Assembly (NCBI RefSeq): GCF_037042905.1
Contig: NC_087252.1
Coordinates: forward strand, 17,608,001 to 17,672,000
Direction: 5' to 3'
Origin: Lytechinus pictus
Taxonomy: Eukaryota
DNA: 64,000 nt
The notes under the pieces were generated by a model. It ran no database searches. It was not told the origin of the DNA and worked only from the letters and a program-made list of their open reading frames with translations. Shown here one piece after another: positions 1 through 13,051 of the stretch; the stretch's first letter is position 1; each line of letters begins with the position of its first letter. A program made the translations under genes and the position numbers.

Positions 1-184
1 ATCGAGTGAATATGACATACCAATTTCCCTACTTACGCTCAATATTTACAGCCTGAGCCTTTAGTACGGCTATTTGTATGTATTATTTTGCTTTTTAACC
101 TAGGCGTTGTGTTGGAACTGAATGCATACCACTCAAAGATGTAGTTTTTGTCTTTGTTTTCTCTCCACCTGAATCCAACAAGCC

Positions 185-295
185 TAATATACAATCGGTA
201 TATATGTATATATATTGTATGTGTATATATATATGTATACATATATAGATATATATATATATACAAATATACATATATATATATTTTATATATAC
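185..295. repeat. (TA)n/(TATG) microsatellite
   Basis: Visible dinucleotide tract; the paralogous site is the N-run at 24244-24407. Confidence 0.9.
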
Positions 296-639
296 ATTTT
301 GAACATTACCAATAAAGGATATGAATTCTTTTGTCAGTGTATAAAATATTATTACATAATTTTGCTGTTAGAGTGAAATGTGTCTAAATTCGAAGGAATA
401 GAATGATTATTTATGAGCTGTAAAAAAAATCATTATGTTGGAATTTGAGGTAACTCAAGGCGGCAAACGTTGCATTGGAGGAATTCATTATTTACTCGAA
501 ATATATTGCTAAGGACGATGGGTAATTATTGATTGTTAAAGTGATACATAAAGGATTCAACTAACAAATGTGTGCATTTTAAAAATGTTATAAAAGATTG
601 ATCCGTGTCGTTTTTTAAATGAATCATAATACATATCGC

Positions 640-1200
640 CTCTGTTTTAAGAAGAGCAGCTATCTGATATGCCGCGCTCTTTTCCAACGCTAGAATAAGG
701 TTAATTCAAACAGGCTAGAAATAATACAGAGTATATCTCATTATTTGAGTGACGATATTATTATTTGAGTGTATATAGATAGGAAATGTACCTTAAATGT
801 ATTACCAAAATCAGATATCAATGACGCCTTGTTTATATATAAACTTGTAAAAAGTAATAATCTAGCTACCTGGTGTAACTCTGTGTAACCTATCCAAATT
901 CGACGAGGTATTAGGTAACTGAAAAAGAAAGGTGATGTGTGAAAGAAGATTACTTTCATCTTCATGCATTTTAAATGATGATAAATTCGATTATCTATGC
1001 AAGTCGCTGATATACAGAATACAAAACAGAGGGGAAAGAATGGAGCCCTGCAGGGTTCCACAGTTTGTATTTCCCAGTACTTGCACGTGATTTGTTTACT
1101 TGCACACTTAGGTTTCTATTCCACTTTTTTCTTAGATAATAAATCGTTTGTTCCTTCTGAGAAACTTAGCATTCGCATTCATTTACAAAGTGTAGCTGGA
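640..1200 (-). pseudogene. Degenerate CR1/L2-group LINE reverse transcriptase fragment
   Basis: Minus strand reads CGTLQGSILSPLFCILYISDL (paralog near 25290-25350 reads CGIPQGSILFPL), followed by an EDESNL remnant of ADD and a KRAxxI-like motif. Many stops. Confidence 0.65.
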
Positions 1201-1611
1201 ACAAAAGATGAGGATTGATTATCTAGTTTGTCGTAGTGATGTTAGGTCAAGATGCTGAACGTGCGTGATGTTCAGAGCTATGTGGATGGTGGACATGAAA
1301 ATGGTTCTGATAATTGTGATATTAGAGACGGTGTTTATAATGGGGACCATGCTGAGGGACTCGATGGCAAGAGTTGAACACTGCTAAAACGCTGGTGTTA
1401 TTGTAACACCTTCCTGGTATCTATGTCGGTCCACACCAGAGAGGTGTTGAAACAACACCGTTTTGGCGTTAGGCTAACACCAATTTAGCATTTAAGCAAC
1501 ACCAATTAGTGTTTGATTCTGAACTGGTGTACGTTGCTTCAACGCTTCTCTGCTGTGGTCCGATATAGATACCGGGCTGGTGTTTAATCAACATAGGTGT
1601 TTTTGCAGTGT

Positions 1612-1995
1612 AGTAATGGTGGTAATGATAATAAGTATAAAGATAATAGTGGTAGTGTCGATAGTCGTGGTGATGACGAAAGCAATGGTGGTGATTGGGG
1701 TGATAGTGAGGATGATGGTAATGGTGATAATGTAGATGATAATGAAATGGTTCTGATGTTGATGATGGTAATGATGGTGATGGAGGTGATTGAAAAGATG
1801 GTGGTGATGCTGCTGATGGTAATGATGGTGATGGAGATGACAGAAAAGATGGTGACAATGTTGATGATGGTAATGATGATGATGAAGATGACAGTGACGA
1901 TGGTGGTGATGATGGAGATGATAATTAAAATCATGGTGATATTGATGATGGTATCATTGCGATGGAGCTGATCGAGGATATGGTGATAATGTTAC
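1612..1995. repeat. (ATG/GAT/GGT)n degenerate trinucleotide tract
   Basis: Visible tract; an expanded paralog lies at 40280-40830. Confidence 0.9.
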
Positions 1996-4789
1996 TTATA
2001 GTATGGTTGCGATGGTGTTGGCAGTGGCAGATGAAGAAGATGATAGGTGATGGTTTTCACGTTTATGGCAGTAACTGTGATATTGAAAATATTACTTGTA
2101 ATTTTACTTGTTCTGTGGGGGGGGGGGGGGCTGATATAGTGCGAGCCGATGTTGGGTAGTGTATAGGCCTGGCATAATGTTTCCGCAAGGAATGAGGAAC
2201 GGGATGAGGGGGGGGGTAGGGGACAGAGATGGGATGTCAATTTTATTCAGCTATACAAGGAGCTGGAACTTCTTTTTTTCACGTTTGGCAGGAGGCCAGG
2301 TCAGGTGGCCTACTGTTATGTTAAAAGTGTTGTGAACATTAAACATAACTTCCGTTCTGGTAAGCGAAAGCAGGAAGGAAGTCAACCATAATAGTTTCCT
2401 CTCAATGACAGTTACAAATCATGGATTTTTTAAAACGTTCTGAGTAGTTAAATTTTTGCATAAGACAATGTTGAACGGTTATCCAGGCCGAGTGTAATAT
2501 AATTTAAATAGGCAGATTAATGTAAACAAAAAACAACAACTCTAACAAGTATGAGAATTAGACGACGAATGACGAAGATAATTATGACATTAGCAATATT
2601 ACATTGTTCTGGTGAAAGAGTTCTGCTCATGTCTTAATGAATATGCAATTAGCTACCAAATGATGTTCTGTCCCGACTTGTTCGTTTAGAATTTATTAAG
2701 TGAAATTACGATTATTCACATGGTCTCGTTCAATAATATAAAAATGAGATTGACCCATTAATGTTAACGTCATCATTTGCCAGACTCTCTTCCAAAAGAT
2801 AATTATTTCAGAGAATTGTATGTAAAATTAAATAATTTGCGATTAAAAATGATTATTTAAATGGTAAGTAACTGTTGCATATCTAGGAAATCACGCATAA
2901 ATTTGTTTTTACGGAAATTTCAGAAGTGTTCAATAAAGTTATGTAGGATTGTTTACTTTTACCGGATTTTAATGAAATTTTAAGTGTTTTACTTGTCTAA
3001 TCCTTCTCCGTTAATATTAAGGGCATTTGTCATTTTCAGCCTTTCATACCCCTTCAAATTTGGCACCGATCCGATTACGAATGGGCGGGAGGAGATAGTT
3101 CACATTCTTAATGATTTTTTTCTTGAGATTGATACGAAAGTATATACAAACACCCTACCCCTTCCTCACCTACCGCCAATTTCGAAGGAAGGTAAAGAAT
3201 ACGAAGTTTAAAATGACGATTTATTTTTGAGTTATTTGAATTATCATTTCAAGTGATACTTCAATATCATCTGATTATCATTTGTGACAATTTATATTTC
3301 ACTCTCGCTCCGAACAAATTATCATATCAGCTTTCATGAAATACAGTGAAAACGCTAATATAATATTCGTATATCCTCAGCATGACACTGCACATGTATC
3401 GTTATTTTCTGAAATACCGGACAGATATTAATACATTACAAAACTTGTTGGGGGCAGGACAACAAAATGCTTTGAAATCAATATCGGCATTGCACATGCA
3501 TCATTCAACAGCGAGGCAGATTTCTGAATGATTTAAAATCAAAGAAACACGTTGTGCTGGCGTGTCTATGCCATGCGTTTCACATTTTATAATGTCAAAT
3601 CCTCCAATCTCACTGTCGAAAATTTAAAGAAAGTTCTCTGCTAATCACCATCACTCTTTCTAGTTTCTTCGCCGAAAACTAACCACTAAAAAAAGGTTTT
3701 GTTATGGATCAAATCAAGGAACTTTGCAAAACAAATTCCAACGAAAATGTACCTTTTAGAACTATAAGCAAGGAGTTACCAGTAACTCCTTGGTCTAAGC
3801 AGTGAAAAGCATTGCAGGTATATTTTTGACACCGAGTCGAGATATTCACCTCATTATTTGCATGTTTGTAATTACTGATGATGTCGAGAACAAGGACCAA
3901 AGCTGACAGGATAGACTTGTCATCGTACATACAAGAACACTTAGAATCTTTCGCAACTGGAATGGGGACGGATTTAAGAACACTGTGAAGTCTATGAAAA
4001 TTTCCATCAAATGGTTGGAAGGTCTTTGTACAGCTGACTGTTGTTGATCTCCACCAGCCATCAGAGGAAGAAGAAGAAGAAGCAAAAGAAGAAGAAACGA
4101 AAGAAGGAGAAGAAGAAGATATTGAAATTTGAAAAAAAAAAAATAGTTATGTCGTTTGTCCAGAATCCAGGACGAAACTTTTTTGTTTCATTCAACAATT
4201 TCGACAGAGACTTCATTGTCATGAATGGTGTTTCACAATACATTTATGTTCTTGAATTCGTCGTGCGTCGTAAAATCGAAACTCCCTACTTTAGCCCTTC
4301 AACTACCGGTAGGCCTACTTCCAAATCATCTATCAGGCCATATAATTTTGAATTTAATTCAATTTTTTTCCGATTAACATTACATATAAACTTGAAATTG
4401 ATAAATGAAAAAAGGATGATAGCCCTTCTCAGCAGCACCAATCATGTTGTTGCTGGTCTCCAGAGGGGGACTCTGCAATACACCCAAGACTCTTCTTTGT
4501 CTTCCTTCACGGTTACCGAAAAAGAACTTACAAAAAAGACTACATGACTTGCGTTGCGCTGCTAGTTAACGAATCCGAATAAAAAGAAAGTGCGTGAGGA
4601 ATTAGGCTGTGATTGCGGCTACACAGTGCTGATTAAGGAAGCATTAAATCTATAAAGTCAGCACTGCTCCCACTGATAGCAGAAAATGTAGCCCACTTAT
4701 TTATAGGAAACATTTCGTAGGGAGAGGTTGAATCTAGTCAGTTGGACGCAGACGAACCCGAGATGAGATCCCAACGTCGTAAGTTTAAA

Positions 4790-5240
4790 TAGAGACTATT
4801 GATGACGCTGGTCAATACTCAAGCCAAACCTACTATTTCTTCGGCGGCTGTGAGATCCCGAACGAAAAACTAACGACAAAAGAGTAATAGATTCGAATTG
4901 GCGCTGTTTCTAACATCTATTACATTAAGCGTAGGCTAACCTCTAATTGGTGCAGTGGTGAGACGACTGGACAATGTCCTCCGGCTCGCGCAGGAGGACA
5001 CAAAGAAAATAATTGGTAAGTTCGCAAACTATCACACTAGAAATGAAGTCTACCAAGCCTGGGGATATCATAACATTATTTTTAATTGGTAAAAAAAGAG
5101 AGTACTAGTTCCAAAATAAAAATTTATGAAAATCTGGCGATGAAAGAATTAAACCTGTTAGTACAGCCAAGGAAGTAAAACGTGATTTCATTTAAAGAAT
5201 TTAAATGAGAAAAGGATGTCATTAATGATGTTGATACCAC
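4790..5240 (+). pseudogene. Degenerate LINE ORF1 remnant (L1/Tnp22-type RRM-CTD)
   Basis: Plus strand reads IDDAGQYSSQTYYFFGGCEIPNE (compare DDLEQYSRRxxLxxxG), then KIIGKFANY and KIKIYENL. The paralog at 43410-43870 gives KIKIHEYLTKKDLNLL and TEDGKII. Confidence 0.55.
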
Positions 5241-6719
5241 AGCACTAAGGTTCAGACACTAACTTTGTTATCAGAGGGTCGCATATACATCACTGCGAAC
5301 TTGAGCTTTAGGGCGACACAACACCTCCACCGGGCTTCCCAGCAAATATATACAAAACAATTTCTCATCCGAATTCTTTCCGATCGGATTCTAAAAAAAA
5401 ATTCATATTGTTTTATGTTTTACTTGTTTTATTTTCTTTTATATTATATATTAAATATTATTATTCTTTTCTGGGGGAGGGGGTGAAGGTTATTCCTAAC
5501 TAAAATCTTAGGTAAATCTTGGTTTTATTCTTACAAACAACATAAGGTATTCAATAAGGCCCACATGAATAATGCAAGCGCAAGCTTATTTTTGTATTCT
5601 TATATTTCCTTAATTTTTAGCTGAAAATCGGACGTTTTGAGCAGTTGTTGGAATCACTTTTGACACCCTGTAATGACCATAATTACATTCATGAAAACTA
5701 TAATGCAAAGATTCTATCGCCAATATTTTGACCAACAGAGTGCGCGATCAGAAACTTCCCTGTATACATTTTAACGGTTGTATAAATACACTTGATGGTA
5801 GACTGAACTACTTAACTTAAAAAAATAATATTCATTCGAACTTCATAGAATAGGCTTAATAGTCTGATGCATCATAGTATTTCAATGATGCTGAAAGTTT
5901 TGAATACATTACCAAACTATTCATAAATCATGTAAAGAAGTGGGTGGAGCTTGGATGTGTTAAAAATCCAGTTAAGTAGACATAATAACGAAAGATATTA
6001 TAGTTTTTATGACTTAAATTTTTCTTTAGACCCTTTAGAAATGTTTTTCGAAATTGTGTACATATACTTTTTATATAATTTATAGGCAGTCAAAGAGACA
6101 TATTCGGTACGAAGTCTAAATGAAATTTTACACTGTTTTTTTCATGAACTTAATTCTTGTTTTTCTACTTTTGGACTATAATCTGGACCTGTAGTCTGAA
6201 ATGAATTCATGAATTTACCATCTCGATTTTTAGTTGCCTTTCTTAGCTTTTCTCTCCACCCAATTGTTTGTATTGTTCGTGTGTTTGTTTGTTTTTAGAT
6301 CATGTATCCGTCAATCAGTATACACAAACTGAACAGTCGTTTGCACAATATAAGCACTTTCCACACGACACAAATGATGTTAAAATTTACTCGTTTACCG
6401 TATACAGGTAGCTGGTAGGACAAAAGAAAAGTACAAGAATTTCATTACACAATTCATTGCGTTGTATGATAAATATATTACAACTTCAAATGATGTTCAA
6501 TAAGAATTGACTCATTATGACATGAAAACACTAAAAAAGAATAAATCGACCCATCCCTAATTATAATGATAACCAACGGAACCTCTTGCTACAAAATGTT
6601 GCAACATCCGTTATAAGGTGGGGATTCCCAAACATTAATCATTCATCGTGAATATACATGTATCAAGATACTAAATATTTCAAATTAAATTGTACTACTC
6701 TTTAGGACTATTTTGGAAT

Positions 6720-6720
<1 letters not shown>

Positions 6721-6763
<43 letters not shown>

Positions 6764-6950
6764 ATGATAATAATAATAATGATATTAATGCTACAACTGC
6801 TACTACTTCTACTATTAATAGTATTAATACTACTTCAGGAAAAAAACTAACATTAACATCAAATGATATTACCATTGCTTCTAATACTACTATTACTTCT
6901 ACTAATACTACTACTGCTACTACTACTACTACTACTTCTACTACTACTAG

Positions 6951-6992
<42 letters not shown>
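6721..6992. repeat. (TAC)n/(TAA)n microsatellite
   Basis: Visible tract; paralogs at 14593-14845 and at gap 52494-52624. Confidence 0.95.
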
Positions 6993-7429
6993 CGCTTCGT
7001 CCAAAGACCCTCCAGGTTTTGACGAAATGGTGCGTTAGGAGCGTCTGTTTGTCTCTTAATTGTTGACTGGAACCCCATCCTTAGTTGGTCTAATTCCGAT
7101 TCTTACTAATCATCAAATGGTCTAAAATAAAATCAAATTTGTCTAATACAAATACGATGCACAAATCATTAACTTTTTTTTTTTTTTTTTACCACAGTTG
7201 GTAGTCTTGTTCGTCATTTTGTCATTTGAGATATTAAACCAAACGATGTTAGACCATTTTGCCAACTGACTGTAGGTCAAGTGGTTATAAGCCGATTTAG
7301 ACTAATGACTCTTTGATTCTGCTGTTGAAAAGGTTAAACATACATTCAAAACTCGGTGAAAAAGGGTTCCAACGCTTCCGTTTGGGCAAAGCCCGGGGGG
7401 TAGACAAATGGTTGGATTAGGATAGAGAT

Positions 7430-8410
7430 AGGGGCAAAATTGCGCTAAATTGGTTTAAAAGTTATCATTCAAATAGAAGACAGCAAACATCCCTTAACTT
7501 TTCTAAATGTGGTATACTATTTTTTTATGGGAAGTACCACAGGGTTATATTTTTGGTCCATTTTTATTTCTGATTAATATCAACGGCATGTACATGGTGC
7601 TAAACACATTAAATTACATATTTTTTGCGGATGACACAAGTATTTGTCTATCCCATCGTGATATTGATATCCTAGGAAGCACTCCTACACTTTCAAAACT
7701 ATCTAGTGGGTTTCGAGGTAATATGCTATCACTGAATGGAAACATATGATAAACATTTCAAAGGGAGGAAGGATAATGGTAACTGTGATTTAAGAATAAA
7801 ACTTGACAATACTTTTTTTAAACAAAGGTGTCTACTAGGATCATAGGGATGTTCGTTAAAAGTCAACTTTGATGGAATGATCACTTGAAACACATCAGTA
7901 AATCATTTTCTCGAAATACAAACTACACCATATTGAATACATTGAACCTGACAAAATAATATGCATTTCTCACAATAGTCTTATTCTACCTGCTGTGTCA
8001 TGTTGCAGTTCTCTTTGGACAATATGAAGGAAAGTCACATATGAAGTTCTTCTGTTGTAGACGAAGCAATTTTCTATTCTATGCTAGTTGGTTTGGTTAC
8101 CCTTACCACATTGTCAATGTCTGGCTGTTGGTGATATCCATTTCCTTCAAACTTCCCTTTTAATCTATTGATTTAGTGCCGGAATGTTACCTGCCCACAT
8201 ATTCACTATGTTTCCACAACATAATGCTATCCATATCCAACACATAAGTCAAGCATTTAATATGGACTTTTACAACCCTCGCACGCTGTTGGCTCACTAA
8301 GCCATATGGTCCAGATGTTAAGAATTCCCTATTCACGTGTAGTAGGAATCTATTATTAGTTTATTCCTTCAAAAGTGCAATTAAACGAATACTCATCTTG
8401 CAGGTTTAAT
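7430..8410 (+). pseudogene. CR1/L2-group LINE RT 3' remnant
   Basis: VPQGYIFGPFLFLININ and FFADDTSI motifs. Shorter copies at 15420-16120 and 53200-53925. Confidence 0.8.
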
Positions 8411-8635
8411 TCTCTCACAAAAGCAATATTTGTTGTACTATATGTTTTTAATCAAAGATTTTTTTAATTTCGGGTAATTACACCCTGGCATAGGCCCTAT
8501 TTTCTAAATAATTGTATTTTCAACTGTGGAAAAAAAATTATTTGTCTATTTGTAGTCATAATCAACCTAATTTGAAAATTCCTTAGTATGTATTTTATAA
8601 TTTCAAAGGCGGGACAATGTATCAAGGTTATTCAG

Positions 8636-8815
8636 ATATTGACTGATGGGGTGTGTAATATAAACATTCTTTGGACCGCCGGATTCATATTTTCCCGAGG
8701 GGTTATTTTTTCCCTGAAGCGCGCAGCGCTGAGAGAAAATATGAACACGAGGGAAAATATAAATCCTTTAGGCGGTCCAAAGAATGTCTATTTTACATAC
8801 CCAACCATTCAATAT
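8636..8815. repeat. About 180-bp imperfect palindrome (hairpin) adjacent to the Crypton remnant
   Basis: Arms acattctttggaccgcc / ggcggtccaaagaatgt and atattttccc / gggaaaatat; centre gcgc-GCA-gcgc. Confidence 0.9.
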
Positions 8816-9133
8816 ATTTTATATTAGATAGCCTGAAGTGATGGAGATTCTTTATCTAGACTCTAATTTGTAGAGAAACTAGACCTAGGCCTAGATGAAA
8901 CTAGATCTAGATCCACTAGATCTAGATCAACTAACAAAATATAGAATGTACTTACCAGATCCATTCCCTGCAAAAATTCCAATTCCAACAGAGATAAAGC
9001 CAAAAGCATCGATAAGGAAAACAGTCATAGCGGTAGTCTACATCCCAATGAAATTCCAACCATTCCGACTGTACAACGTAATAACAACAAACACGAACGC
9101 AACATAATTACATAGGGTACGATGCAGTATTGT

Positions 9134-10487
9134 CTACTTGTTTATTATGTTTACAGTACACTGATGAAAGTGTTACTGTACTACCCTTTTCTGGTCCACA
9201 TCCTTATTGTTTGATACAAAGTTCATTTGAGGTGAGGACTGTGAGTCCGGTCCAGGTCCAGGACACAGGGCTAAATGAGATCCATGTTGATTCTGAGCTG
9301 TAACATCAGATGCACAAATTTGGGAATGAGATATAACAGGACCAGATGGCAGCCTACTGATTGATCAAGGTTTTCCTGAGGCTGATCTCTCTGTTGTCGA
9401 ACCAGGACTTGGTCCAGGACCCAATGTGGATCTATGTAGATCCTGAGGCTGACTAATAACGTCAGGTGCAGAATCTGGTGGTGGATGAGATGAAACAGGA
9501 CTAGGTGGTGGCCTGGTGACTGTACTTGGTGGTCCTGATCTTTCTTTTGCTTAACCAGATCCAGGACCAGGACCAAATCTGGCACTAGCTTTAGACCTTG
9601 TACTACTAGGACTTGAAAGCCTAACATTCAACTGACAATTCTATGACGAGCATAAGCTCATTGGTGGTTTATGTCCTTCGTCAACTCGAGATTAATGTTT
9701 AAGACTTGACGTTTTAGCTTTACTGCTAATGCTTTTCCTTGTGTTCCCCAATACATTCTTACCAACAACCTGATGATCACACCATTGCACATTTTGTTGG
9801 TATTGTTCTACTGTCCCTGGGACTGGACCGCTTTCATGTTTGACATTTTCTTGAGACGCACTTGATTTGGGGCGTTGCCAAAAAAACGGAAAGTCACGAT
9901 TCAGATGCAAAACATATTCACAGAACGACTTGACGGGACAATGGTCATCCTTCGTCTCATACATCCGACCACATTGGCTCCTTGAGTCATCATATTTGTC
10001 TCCTCTGTGATTTTTAGTCAGTTTATCCTTCGCAAGATAAACATATCTCCTATGGCTAAAATCTGTAGCAATAGCAAAGTCGTCTGTCCTTAGATCCTTG
10101 AGATTCCCCCTGCCTCTGTTACACAGGTGTAACATGATTCACAAACACAGCATTATTGAGACCTCTCGGAGTAGAACGGTCCAAGGCTCACGAGGTCATT
10201 ATTTTTTTAAGGTCTTCCTTACTAATAGGATCCTTGTGTGTAATTGAACCCTTTTCTTCAGCTTTCAGTTTATGGAGGACGGCAGCAAACATGTCGTTTG
10301 CACGCCTAAATTCAACACTGTTCACAATGTCCATTGCCTTTTTTTTTTTAAGAAAGTGCCTCTGGAGACCATGGCGTATTGTGACCATGGAACTCTTTGC
10401 GTACCATTGACCATTTCCCCGCCACTCCTCTGCGTAGAATGATCGAATGCACTCGCATAACTCTTGCTCCGAGTATTCCGTATCCAC
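9134..10487 (-). pseudogene. CryptonA-like (DUF3504/KCTD1-KIAA1958 type) tyrosine recombinase pseudogene
   Basis: ORF pieces: YAKSSMVTIRHGLQRHF, RGRGNLKDL, LTKNHRG, GRMYET..CPVKSF..FWQRPK, VGKNVLG..ISSKA, and C-terminal FHQCTVNI. Stops, a frameshift and a deletion of the HxxR region. Confidence 0.8.
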
Positions 10488-10685
10488 AACACAGATCTAG
10501 GCTCCCTTTTTGAAGTATTGTTGAATTAAACTGGGACTGGACCTGGACCTGGACCGGACTCACTGCACTACAACAATTTTAAATTACTCTGTACTATACT
10601 CGCCCCGAAAATTTATTGCAACATTGATATCGAGTGTTGATCGATTGGAAACGATCGCTACTTTAGTCCCACATATGGAGGTGGA

Positions 10686-10860
10686 GGTGCCGTGGCCGAG
10701 TGGTATAAGGCGCCTGGCTATACACGGAAAGTCCGGGGTTCGATCCCCGGCCGCGGCACCTATGGCCGTGAGCAAGGCATTTAATCTACAATGCTCTTTG
10801 ATCCTGCTTTCAAATAAATGGAAATGCTATATGCATTATTGGTAACTAGGTGTGCACCAT
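10686..10860 (+). mobile_element. tRNA-derived SINE
   Basis: GGTGCCG..CGGCACC acceptor stem (10686-10760), A box TGGCCGAGTGG and B box GGTTCGATCCC, followed by SINE-core-like gagcaaggcatttaatc. The anticodon arm is poor. Confidence 0.75.
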
Positions 10861-12105
10861 GTGAAAACGTGATGTACACTTAAGCCATCACTCTGATTTC
10901 CACTCAGATTTTGCAACAAAAAAACGCGCAAAAATCCGTTGTTTTCGCACTTCAACTCGTTGTCGTTTTTTTAATATTGAGTCAATATCAAAAAGTGAAG
11001 CAGATCTAGAAAATTTAGATTTTCAGCTTTATTATCATATTAATCATATCAAATATGTAGAATTTAAGATACCGTCATTTTAGACTTACATTTTTCAAGT
11101 TTCCCCCAATTTTGTGTGAGAGAGGGCTACAAATCAAGGACTTCACACATCTTTTGCTCTGATAACTTCGCGCCAAATCAAGCCAATTAAGAAAGTGAAA
11201 CATCATCTGAAAGTTCAGATCACTATGATTACAATGATATAACATCCATTTTGATTAGTTAAAAAAAAGTACCGTCATTTTTTAATCCAATCTCTTTGTT
11301 CGTTTCAAAATGTTGACATTTTGCCGGGTCAGAGTAAACCCGTACCCGTGGTTGCCAAGGACAACCCATGCATAATATGCGTGTTGCAGCTCGGTGATCG
11401 AACCTTATGCTGCAGCCCGAGCTTTGGGGAGCTTTGTCGAATTTTATTGGTGAGTTGCATTTTTTTTTTTTCAGAGGAACTAAATTAAATATTTTACCAT
11501 CTTAACAGTTGTATACCTTACGAATCACACAGGGAATCATTTTGAATAATTCCAAAAAGAAATTAAGTTTTATTGAAAATTTTGAAGGCATGCCTAATCG
11601 CTCCCTGTGTCAAATTCTACACGAAGACGTTGTGTTAGTACTAGGAACGTTCCATTTTGTCTACGGTAGATAGTAAGTTGTCTTATAAACCGGCGTAGGC
11701 CCTATATGACTGGGTGTGTATGCACGTTCACGTCCAGCCGGGCTGGGGCCCCGGGCCGGGTACCGAAACAGAGCGGTGGGTATGGATATGCACTCCAACA
11801 CATGTTTACATAAACACACTTCTCCAGTCATAATAAATAAACGAGATGGCGGTTCAGAGCATTGTTACTATCTATATACATACACTGTACATTATTTACA
11901 ATGTAAAATAACATGCATTTCCGTGCAGCGAACGTAATTGAGGCGCGCAGTAATTTTCTCTCCGGACTGCGTACTTTTATACCCCTCATATCCGAATGGA
12001 TCAGTCCGAGCCTTTTTTTTTCTGTGACGTGTCAGACCGCGCGTCGTGTCCCGAGTCGCGTCAGTAGCATTCGAAGAGGCTCTGCAGACAGGTGTGTCTA
12101 CAATA

Positions 12106-12552
12106 CCGTGTTTACACTTAATCGGCATTTGAATCGGCTCGCGGTTCTGAACCGCGAGCCGATTCAGCATCGGCTTTTTCATAGCGTGTAAACGCGAGCA
12201 ACTTGAATCGGCTCGCGGTTCAGAACCGGCAATTTGCACCACCAAAGTAGTAGGTTCTGAACCGTGAGCCGATGCAGAATCGGCTTTTTTACTACGTGTA
12301 AACAGAAAGCTGATTCTGCACCGGCAATTTGTGCGCATTTCAATTACTTTACCATTGTGACGTAATTGTAAGCGCACTGATCCAGCGTTGTCTTTATTAT
12401 GACGTATATTGTAGGTATGCGTATCATTTCAGGTTTTTGCATCGGCTCGCGGTTCTGAACCGCGAGCTGTAACAACGTGTAAACGCAATCCAAATGCCGA
12501 TTCTGCATCGGCATTTGGTTCAGAACCAATTGCCGATTAAGTGTAAACACGG
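12106..12552. mobile_element. MITE with TA TSD (Tc1/mariner-type ends)
   Basis: 22-bp TIR ccgtgtttacacttaatcggca / tgccgattaagtgtaaacacgg flanked by TA. Internal palindromes ggctcgcggttctgaaccgcgagcc. Confidence 0.9.
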
Positions 12553-12609
12553 TACAAATTGTGTAGAGACGTTTTCATATGAAAAAAAAAAAAAACATAT
12601 GTTATCTCC

Positions 12610-12797
12610 GTGTGTATGTGTGTGTGTGTATTTGAGTTTTGTCAGACGTGTATCAATCAGATATGATTATTTACGTCTGTGACCGACCTTTAACGTCACC
12701 ATCCGAAAGACGTGACCAGGGCTCGAACCTCGAACCTCTGCATCAATTTGTAACTTCCCCACAGCTTGGATTCCAGGCGCAGGCCACAACGCCCAGT
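12610..12797 (-). mobile_element. SINE with 7SL/Alu-like head, B box and (CA)n tail
   Basis: Minus strand: ACTGGGCGTTGTGGCCTGCGCCTGGAATCCAAGCT...GGTTCGAGCCC...TCTTTCGGATGGTGACGTTAAA...(CA)n. Confidence 0.65.
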
Positions 12798-13051
12798 TTA
12801 ATTGGTAACATCTAATCCAAGAGAGGGCGCAAGACACGTATAAAAATATATTCATCAGTTATCTTGCTAGCTGATATGAGTCTGATGCTGCGAGTGGCTC
12901 TGGTCTTCACTCACCATGAACGATCATAAACGATCTGTGAGTCTTCTCTACAGCCACCGTTAGTAGCTTTTCGCAGTAGACAGATCAGACAATCACACAC
13001 GTTTATTAGTATTACAGATTTTCTGTTGCCTATACATGACTAGATTATAAG

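Noticed and set aside
1469-1971. His-, Met- and Ile-rich ORFs (also 40254-41007, 6708-7066, 14533-14796)
   Set aside because: Translations of trinucleotide microsatellites.
4041-4547. 168-aa ORF (and 42569-42955) as a host gene
   Set aside because: Frames differ between paralogs around a (GAA)n tract and stops surround it; more likely decayed TE sequence.
10686-10760. Possible tRNA gene
   Set aside because: The anticodon stem does not pair well, there is no poly-T terminator, and it runs into a SINE core.
10880-11700. Possible additional DNA transposon
   Set aside because: Could not define TIRs or a TSD by eye.
12120-12540. CRISPR-like repeat/spacer array
   Set aside because: Irregular palindromic subrepeats inside a TA-flanked MITE; eukaryotic context with no cas genes.
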